From contig CAZUFC010000149.1 of the NCBI GenBank assembly GCA_964619725.1, forward strand, positions 1 through 18,590: a stretch of DNA of 18,590 nt. Direction: 5' to 3'. The position numbers were made by a program, and so were the translations under genes. Source of the stretch: an uncultured bacterium. Lineage in GTDB: Bacteria; CSSED10-310; CAZUFC01. Shown piece by piece: positions 1 through 6,774 of this stretch. The notes below the pieces were generated by a model. It was not told the origin of the DNA. It did not search any database and saw nothing but the letters and a program-made list of their open reading frames with translations. The stretch's first letter is position 1, and each line of letters begins with the position of its first letter.

Positions 1-80
1 TGGCTGGTTGGGGGATTTGGTTGGGTTGTTTTATGGCTGGTTGGGGGATTTGGTTGGGTTGTTTTATGGCTGGTTGGGGG
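1..80. repeat. 33-bp G/T-rich tandem repeat (2 perfect copies + partial third; may extend left of the window)
   Basis: TGGCTGGTTGGGGGATTTGGTTGGGTTGTTTTA at 1-33 and 34-66; its first 14 nt again at 67-80. Confidence 0.95.
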
Positions 81-97
81 TAGTTTTATTCACCTTC

Positions 98-198
98 TTC
101 ACCTTTCCTGACATTGACTGGTAAAAAATCTTGAACTGTTTAACTAAAACATGACAATAGATCAAAAGTTTCAAGTAAAAAAGTCCCTCCGCTTGCGG
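98..198. repeat. Dispersed ~100-bp intergenic repeat, copy A
   Basis: Hand alignment to 15340-15443 gives about 83/104 identical columns; identical core TCCTGACATTGACTG (106-120) and end AAAGTCCCyCCGCTTGCGG. Confidence 0.9.
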
Positions 199-233
199 AA
201 TACGCATCAGGATAAGCGGCTGGAGCGGTGAAG

Positions 234-1685
234 TCATTCCTTGTTTTTTACGACGAAGACTCCTTTTCTGGTTATCCTGATTCCGGTTGCATCGCTTAAT
301 TTGTCTCTCAGCGATCTTATGGTTTTTTTCCAGGATGGATCGAAGAGGGAGGTCAGACGGCGGTGATGTGCGGCGGATATTTCGCTTTTCTGGGCTCCGG
401 TGTAATATGGGGCGGGCATATTGCTTCGCCAGAATGATCTGTCGAACAGGTTTTTCCGGACGGCTTTTTTTTCAAAGATGTTCTGGGGCATTATGAGGGC
501 TGTTTGAGGTATGATCATATCCGGTTTTATTTTTTTCAGGAGCGCTTCGGTCATATCTATTGAATTTTTTTCCTGGCTGGAGGCTCCTAATATGACGAAT
601 GCGGCCGTTTTAATTCCTGCTTCGCGCAGAGCGGCGAACGAGTCTATGGCCTGTTCGTCGGAGAAATTTTTGCCCAGTTTTTTTCTTATTTGGGGGGAAC
701 CGGATTCGAGGCCCAGGGCCAGGTAAATGCAGCCTGTTTCTTTCATTTTTCGGGCGGAATTTTTGTCGATATGACGGATGTCGGCTTCGCCGGCCCACCA
801 GTAATTTTCGCTTTTCAGATTCACTAAAGCTTCGCTTATGCCGTTGATGTGGTTTAAATCGGGATTAATTATGTCGTCGTTGAAGATGATGAAATTGCGT
901 TTTAAATCCTGAACCAGCCAGGCTATTTCAGCGGCGATTTTTTCCGGTTTTCTTTTTCTTATGGTTCGCCGCCAGAGTATGGGAGTGTTGCAGAAGGTGC
1001 AGGCGTTGGGGCAGCCGCGGGTTCCCAGGATGGAAGCTGGGCGGCATTTTTCTTTCAGTTCTGCGGGAATATTATCGAGATGGAGAACGCTTTGAATCCA
1101 GTCTGCGCCGGCATAATTTTCCGGATTGAAGCGGTTCTGGTCCGGAAAGGGGAGGATGTCCAGGTCCTGGATCAAATTGCGTTCCGGCGTGGTCTGAAAT
1201 TCATCTTTTCCAGGGATTGCAGGCAATACTAAACCGGCGACATGCGATAACGGAGTATTATTTTCCCAGGCATTTATTAACTCTTGAGCAGTCATTTCAC
1301 CTTCGCCGGTAACTGCGGCATCAGCCTGTGAGCACATCAGGGAGGATTCAGGTTCCAGAGTGACGTGCGGACCGCCCAGGAACACTTTAATATGGGGCAG
1401 ACTTGTTTTTATCCGTTTCGACAGGAAAAAAGCGCCGCCTCGATGGTCCGTAAGGCAGGAAATGCCGACGGCATCCGGTTGCCTGTCCCGTATGAATTCC
1501 ATTACCGTTTCCATACTCAAACGAAACGCATCCAGGCATTCCGCCCGGTGTCCGTTTTTCCTCAGCCAGGCAGCGATGTATCCTATGCCGAGGGGAGGAG
1601 AGTAGGATGTTACCGGGCCGCTTTCCAGCAGGCGCCTGTTTTTGCCGAATTTAACGGCCGGCGGTTGAATTAATATGAGCTTCAT
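234..1685 (-). CDS. B12-binding domain-containing radical SAM protein
   Basis: N-terminal PPLGIGYIAA...VGIS...LGGPHVT...GEGE cobalamin-binding pattern; TRGCPNACTFC CxxxCxxC motif; FNDD and LGLESGS motifs. Confidence 0.93.
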   Translation of the reverse strand: MKLILIQPPAVKFGKNRRLLESGPVTSYSPPLGIGYIAAWLRKNGHRAECLDAFRLSMETVMEFIRDRQPDAVGISCLTDHRGGAFFLSKRIKTSLPHIKVFLGGPHVTLEPESSLMCSQADAAVTGEGEMTAQELINAWENNTPLSHVAGLVLPAIPGKDEFQTTPERNLIQDLDILPFPDQNRFNPENYAGADWIQSVLHLDNIPAELKEKCRPASILGTRGCPNACTFCNTPILWRRTIRKRKPEKIAAEIAWLVQDLKRNFIIFNDDIINPDLNHINGISEALVNLKSENYWWAGEADIRHIDKNSARKMKETGCIYLALGLESGSPQIRKKLGKNFSDEQAIDSFAALREAGIKTAAFVILGASSQEKNSIDMTEALLKKIKPDMIIPQTALIMPQNIFEKKAVRKNLFDRSFWRSNMPAPYYTGAQKSEISAAHHRRLTSLFDPSWKKTIRSLRDKLSDATGIRITRKGVFVVKNKE

Positions 1686-1878
1686 GATGAAAAATCCTGG
1701 TGAATTCGTCCTTTATTGAGCAAGAGATTAATCCCGGGGCCAGTGAACCGACCAATTGCTCATGAGCGTGGCATCTTTCGACTACGAGAGCGAGCGTCGG
1801 CAGGAAGTAATGCGTTGTGGTCATCTGCGCCAATTTGTCGCCGCCGTCTGATCTGGGCCGGTTTTGTATAAAAAGCAA

Positions 1879-3024
1879 TCATCTGATTAGAAACGTTCCT
1901 GTTTTTATCGGCCTGTCCGGCAAGCCGGTTCCGGTATCCGCGTAAACTCTGAGGTAATGTTTCCGCGGCAGCATCATCTCAACCAGGGAAGACGGCAATT
2001 CGTAGCTTGTCTGTCCCTGTATCCACTTCGCCATGGAAGCCAGGAAAGCGCCGCTGTGCGAAATCTGCAGCAGGTAGCGGATTGCTCCCGGCATTTCCGG
2101 CCACTGAATCGTTATCGACGGTTGCATCGCCTTTTCTCCAGCCGCTTCAGCGTTTTTGTCGAGCATGGCCGCCGCCGTTTTTTGAAGCAGTCGGACCGTT
2201 TTGAACAAATCGGCGTGTATTTTTCCGTAGTTGTCTCTCAGGAAAACGCACGGATCGCGGCTTTCATCATCATCGCCTGCAACAGTCATTGCATCAGCGC
2301 CGGAAGCGCGTCTGCCCTGACCATAAAGGTGCGTCCCTTCGGCGGAAGCGTCCGTCCGCCATATTTGCAAACCCCGGCGTCCCAGTCGCATGCACAATTC
2401 TATATCGTCGTATCCGCGGAGATAGTTTTCGGGCCAGCCTCCAACCCGCTCGAACGCTTCATGTTTGATCGCCAGGATGCATCCGGATGTCGCTCCGACG
2501 CGACATGCCTTATCGGTTTCAGTCCAGAAACGCCAATCTTCGCACCGGTAATTCTCCAGTCTTCTCTGGATAAAATTGGTTCTCCATAACGGGGTATCCT
2601 GAGCGTAAAACATAAGAGGGGTCGGTATTTTTAGCGAAGAAGCCATGAATCCGTAACGTTTTCCATATATCCAGGTCAACGGAAAACAGGCGCCGGCTTT
2701 TTTTTCCGTCTTTAAGAAGTCGAAAAGGCGGATGCACGATTCGAGCTTTATCCTTACGTCCGCATTCAGAAAAATCGCCGCTTCGGACGACAATTTAGAC
2801 ATTCCTTCATTGCACGATTGTCCATAGGAACGGTTGGACGTATGAAAAAAACGCACTTCAGGGTATCGCCTTTTCAGCCGGCTTAACTCAAAAGTATCAG
2901 GACCTGTATCCATGACCAGAATCTCGATATTCTCCGAACGCGCCGCAGAGGGGTGCAAACCGTTTAAAAGGTCGGCCAGCAAGTCCGGCGTGCGATGATG
3001 CACTATGATTATGCCATGCTTCAT
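1879..3024 (-). CDS. Glycosyltransferase family 2 (WbbL-like) with C-terminal extension
   Basis: IIIVHH...ILVMD, NRSYGQSCNEG, FLNAD, SGCILAI...FERVGGW, DDIELC motifs. ATG at 3024 preferred; alternative GTG at 3042. Confidence 0.88.
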   Translation of the reverse strand: MKHGIIIVHHRTPDLLADLLNGLHPSAARSENIEILVMDTGPDTFELSRLKRRYPEVRFFHTSNRSYGQSCNEGMSKLSSEAAIFLNADVRIKLESCIRLFDFLKTEKKAGACFPLTWIYGKRYGFMASSLKIPTPLMFYAQDTPLWRTNFIQRRLENYRCEDWRFWTETDKACRVGATSGCILAIKHEAFERVGGWPENYLRGYDDIELCMRLGRRGLQIWRTDASAEGTHLYGQGRRASGADAMTVAGDDDESRDPCVFLRDNYGKIHADLFKTVRLLQKTAAAMLDKNAEAAGEKAMQPSITIQWPEMPGAIRYLLQISHSGAFLASMAKWIQGQTSYELPSSLVEMMLPRKHYLRVYADTGTGLPDRPIKTGTFLIR

Positions 3025-3089
3025 AATAAAGTGTTCGGGCACATACAGTTATACCTTGCCTGATGCTATGGAATCAGCGAAACTCGCTG

Positions 3090-3275
3090 CTAATCGTCCA
3101 TAAATTCATCAGATTCCATTTGAATTATAGCTTTCTCAAGAACTTTTTCGACGCCTTGGTGTCTTGCGGCGTGTCTTAAATATTTTTGATCAAGCCTTCC
3201 ACGCTGCGTCATCAGGACTCCCAACACGTCCTTCCATTTTCCATTTTTTTTCCTGTTCCCTGGCCGACATTTCAC
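3090..3275 (-). pseudogene. Probable C-terminal remnant of an uncharacterised (nucleotidyltransferase-like) protein gene
   Basis: WKDVLGVLMTQRGRLDQKYLRHAARHQGVEKVLEKA resembles, from recall, a widespread C-terminal motif of the form W-R-D-V-L-G-V-L...R-L-D-x-x-Y-L-R-x-W-A-x-x-L-G-V; no N-terminal domain; 7-bp tandem duplication at 3234-3247. Confidence 0.5.
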
Positions 3276-3420
3276 TCTCCTTATTCAGACGAAATCAATG
3301 AATGTATAATATTTATATTAAGTTAAAGTCAAGTCTGGGAATAAATATTTTTCAGACGATAGAAATCGTCAATTCCGTATTCAAAATCAACAAATGCCAG
3401 GATTCTGCGTACCAGCCCGT

Positions 3421-5106
3421 TTATTCGATATAACCCAATGATTTCAACTCTTGAGAAATTTCTTCATCAATCGAGGATTTTATGGGTTCTGCTTTTCGAG
3501 GGACGACTTTTTTTTCATTTTCGTAAGTCTCGATAAAGGGCGTTTTCAGAGAAGGATAGGCTACGGCCAGTTCCGCCAGGGGTTTTCCGTCCATATCGGC
3601 GGCTGCGGGTAAGCCCATCAGTCTTAATATGGAAGGAGCCACATCCAGAACGGATGCTTCCGGGACGAGAACATTACGGGGTATTTCATCGCCGGCGGCC
3701 AGGAATATGCCTGACGGGGCGTTCCAATGCTGTCCGAACCTGGGATGAATAATGAACCCCGTGATCTGATTTACCGGGAAGGAGATATTCTGCGCCGTCA
3801 ATATATCGTCCGGTTCGATTTCCGGGTTCAGTTCAAGAATCAGATCGTCGCCGGCCAACTTTCCGGCGCGGATATCCAGAAACAGAGGCTTGCCCTCTTG
3901 CCGGGTTTTAATGTTCCTCAACTTTTCTACCAGGTCTTTCACGGTCATGTTTTCATCCTGCCGGAGTCCTTCGAGCAGGGTTGCGCCTCTCGTCATTCCC
4001 GGGGGATACCGGCCGTTATCCCGCAGGCATGAGCGCTTAAAATCGATGAGGTTGTTTTTATCCAAAACGAGCAGTCCTGTTTTCTGCAGCAGTTCGTCCA
4101 GGTGGAGGGCTTCAATGTAAGGCGGCGTTTTATCTTTCGCTTCCATGCCGTGATCCGAAACGACCATGAGAACGGTATCTTTTTCGGCCAGACCGGCTAA
4201 TTTTCCGAGATACCGGTCGAAATAGCGGTAATATCTTTCAATAAGGCCTTTACCCGGCTCCTGCATATCGACCTGTTCGAATTTCTGAGGTTCTATAGCG
4301 CACCAGTAATCGTGTTCAAGCAGGTCTGGAGCCCTGAAATAGACCGCGGCGAACTGCGGGTTCATTTTTTCGATCAGATCGAGGCTGTAATCGGCCAGAT
4401 GCAGTTCTCTTTTTAACTGTTTTTCCATGAAAGGGGAAGCCTTCATGTTTGCGGGGACAACCTGGTCGAAGCGGCTTTCGTTCTGCAGCGGATAAAAAAC
4501 CTGTTCCGGCGCTATATCGTTCAGAGCGGGCAATTTTTTTTCCAGTTCAGGCGGAAAAAAGACGTCCGTCATACCGGTTCTGAGGGCGCGATTGGAGATC
4601 ATGGCGCCGTGAACGGGTTCGACCGGCCAGGTGGCCCACCAGTTGACGACAAGCGATCGGATATTTTCAGCCGAGGTAATATTCCATAGAGCCCGGCATT
4701 GCCGCAAATTGCTGGTTATCGCCAGTTGTCCGCTGGTGGTTCGGTCGTCTTTCCGGGTCCAGTTGAATATTCCGTGTTTTTCAGGGAGCTTGCCTGTTGC
4801 GATCGAGGTCCAGATCATAACGGAAACCGTAGGCTTCAAGGTTTCAAGCTCAGCGCAACCTCCGGAGTCGACCAGCCGTTCAAAAACGGGCAACTTTCCC
4901 TGCCGCATCATAGGATGCAGGACGGTCCAGGTCATGCCGTCCAATCCGGTTAAATACACGCTTTTGCCTGCAGCCCCGGACTCCGCCGTACGTTCCGTAA
5001 AGCAGGATAAGCTGTTGACGATAGCCGCAAGCGCCAGAAAATAAAAAAGGATGCAGCAATGGGAATATCGTCGATGCTTTTCTTTTGTTTCGTCAATTCT
5101 CTTCAT
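3421..5106 (-). CDS. Alkaline phosphatase superfamily / type I phosphodiesterase-nucleotide pyrophosphatase family protein, likely exported or membrane-anchored
   Basis: GLDGMTW, PTVSVMIWTSIATGKLPEKHG, DLLEH, SDHG, GQH, LDVAP and C-terminal LKSLGYI motifs; hydrophobic N-terminal segment ending SLSC. ATG 5106 overlaps the upstream gene by 14 nt and is preferred over 5190. Confidence 0.9.
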   Translation of the reverse strand: MKRIDETKEKHRRYSHCCILFYFLALAAIVNSLSCFTERTAESGAAGKSVYLTGLDGMTWTVLHPMMRQGKLPVFERLVDSGGCAELETLKPTVSVMIWTSIATGKLPEKHGIFNWTRKDDRTTSGQLAITSNLRQCRALWNITSAENIRSLVVNWWATWPVEPVHGAMISNRALRTGMTDVFFPPELEKKLPALNDIAPEQVFYPLQNESRFDQVVPANMKASPFMEKQLKRELHLADYSLDLIEKMNPQFAAVYFRAPDLLEHDYWCAIEPQKFEQVDMQEPGKGLIERYYRYFDRYLGKLAGLAEKDTVLMVVSDHGMEAKDKTPPYIEALHLDELLQKTGLLVLDKNNLIDFKRSCLRDNGRYPPGMTRGATLLEGLRQDENMTVKDLVEKLRNIKTRQEGKPLFLDIRAGKLAGDDLILELNPEIEPDDILTAQNISFPVNQITGFIIHPRFGQHWNAPSGIFLAAGDEIPRNVLVPEASVLDVAPSILRLMGLPAAADMDGKPLAELAVAYPSLKTPFIETYENEKKVVPRKAEPIKSSIDEEISQELKSLGYIE

Positions 5107-6625
5107 TGGCCAGATAAAAATAGGATTTCGTCCCCGGTACGAACAAGTTCGAAAACTCCGCCTCCTTATGATAACATCTTTCGACAGCATCCGTTAATTT
5201 TTTGCGCTTTTTTTCGGGCACAGGTTCAAGCAGGGGCAAAGTCAAAGTATAAGACGCATCTCCTATTATAAGAAGTTTGGCCCGTTTTTCCTCGATGTAT
5301 TGCAGGAGTATCTCATCGTTGGTCACATGATAGCGCAGACATCGCTCCGTCGGCCAGTGAGGAAAATAGTCGGAACCGGCCATCCCGGGAAGGACATGTC
5401 GCCCTGCCTCGGCGGCAGCCAGCGGCGAATCTGCCGAAAAAATGTAATCTTCCGGCGCCGTATGAGCTCTTATGAACTCTGCCTGACGCTCCAGACTCTC
5501 TACCGGCGAATGCCCGTCGATTAGGGATAATGACGTGCGGCCGTAGGCCGCAAAGGTTAAAAGACAACCAATGAAAAAAGTCCCCGCCAGAAGCCGGCGA
5601 ACGCTTTCGCTGTTTTTGACGCCATAAGCGATGCGCCCTGCTGCTCCTCCGACAGTAGCGCAAGCCAGTGGAAACAGGAAGGTCTGGTAGGATTCCTGGA
5701 AAATCTTCGCGGAGAAATGAGCGCCGCTGATAAGCGCCAAGAATATCCAGAAAACGCCTTCCGCGGACAATCCTTTTATTTCTTTTTTGAAAGAGTCGAT
5801 AAGAGACCGGCCTTTATAAAAAAGGACGAAAGCGAAAACCAGCCAGAAAAGAAAATAGTTTTTGATCAAGTGAGTCACAGCCCGCGCTTTTTGAAACAGG
5901 TTTGCGGCCAGGTTCCGGGAATGGAGACTGAGATTGAGGCCCAGGATATTAAAGTAAAATTCGTCTTTTGCCTTAAAGTAGAAGAAGCCGATAACGGCCA
6001 GGAGAACCAGGCAGCCTGCTGCAGCGGGCAGTAACTGTTTGAGCGGTTTTCTTCGGTTCGAGAGCCAGATATAGAGAAACAGAACCGGCAGCGCCGGGAG
6101 AACGGTTAAACGGGTGCAAACGGCCAAAGCCATCAGGATGCATGATAAAATTTGAGTGGAAGCCCTCTTTTTCCTGTCCAGGATCAGATAACAGGAGGCG
6201 GTGAAAAAGAAGGCCGTCAGGGCGTAGAGCCTTGTTATAGTAAAAAAGTAAATCTGGAAGGGATTAAACGCCAGCAGTCCTGCGGCTGCCGCCATACCGG
6301 GCCTGCCGCCCAGTCTTCCGGCGATCATGCATGCCGCCAGGCATGCAAAAAAACCGAACATCACCGAGATAAGCCGGGCCTGCACCAGTCCGTATCCCAG
6401 AATCTGCATAAAAGCGCCGTAAACGTAAGGATAAACCGGTGTCTGCAGGAAAAAAAAATCCCGGTACGGCAGTTTTCCTTCATATACTAATGCGGATGCA
6501 TAAACGTACGCTCCCTCATCCAGATGTATCCGGCCTCCGAAAACGTAAATCAGCGAACTGATAAGATAAACGAAAATGAACAGCAAAATTATAATCAATC
6601 TTGTCGCAGGGGCTTTCATGGTCAT
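5093..6625 (-). CDS. GT-C fold membrane glycosyltransferase (ArnT/PMT-like, family 39/83)
   Basis: First TM followed by LDEGAY, LPYRDFF, PVYPY, ARLIS; many TM helices; soluble C-terminal domain; AAGGAG upstream of start. Confidence 0.85.
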   Translation of the reverse strand: MTMKAPATRLIIILLFIFVYLISSLIYVFGGRIHLDEGAYVYASALVYEGKLPYRDFFFLQTPVYPYVYGAFMQILGYGLVQARLISVMFGFFACLAACMIAGRLGGRPGMAAAAGLLAFNPFQIYFFTITRLYALTAFFFTASCYLILDRKKRASTQILSCILMALAVCTRLTVLPALPVLFLYIWLSNRRKPLKQLLPAAAGCLVLLAVIGFFYFKAKDEFYFNILGLNLSLHSRNLAANLFQKARAVTHLIKNYFLFWLVFAFVLFYKGRSLIDSFKKEIKGLSAEGVFWIFLALISGAHFSAKIFQESYQTFLFPLACATVGGAAGRIAYGVKNSESVRRLLAGTFFIGCLLTFAAYGRTSLSLIDGHSPVESLERQAEFIRAHTAPEDYIFSADSPLAAAEAGRHVLPGMAGSDYFPHWPTERCLRYHVTNDEILLQYIEEKRAKLLIIGDASYTLTLPLLEPVPEKKRKKLTDAVERCYHKEAEFSNLFVPGTKSYFYLANEEN

Positions 6626-6774
6626 GACGTCAGCTTCTCCTTCAAACCGGAAAGAATCGTATCAATACGCCATGCCGGCGTCAATAAGCGGGAATAATGC
6701 TTTCAGAAAACAGCCGATCGACTCACTCCACTTGGCATCCCGGATTATTTCGTTCATCGCCGGCTCATAATCGC

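Noticed and set aside
1..80. CRISPR array (33-bp repeats)
   Set aside because: Repeats are contiguous with no spacers; no cas genes in the window.
1651..1878. 75-aa minus-strand ORF
   Set aside because: TTG start, overlaps the radical SAM start, no recognisable motif; region better explained as a structured spacer.
5107..5190. N-terminal extension of the NPP ORF
   Set aside because: Overlaps the upstream GT-C gene by about 100 nt; ATG 5106 gives a normal leader.
6662..6757. 31-aa minus-strand micro-ORF MNEIIRDAKW... and the 64-aa plus ORF 6576-6770
   Set aside because: No RBS or recognisable family; coincide with the hairpin or overlap a real gene.
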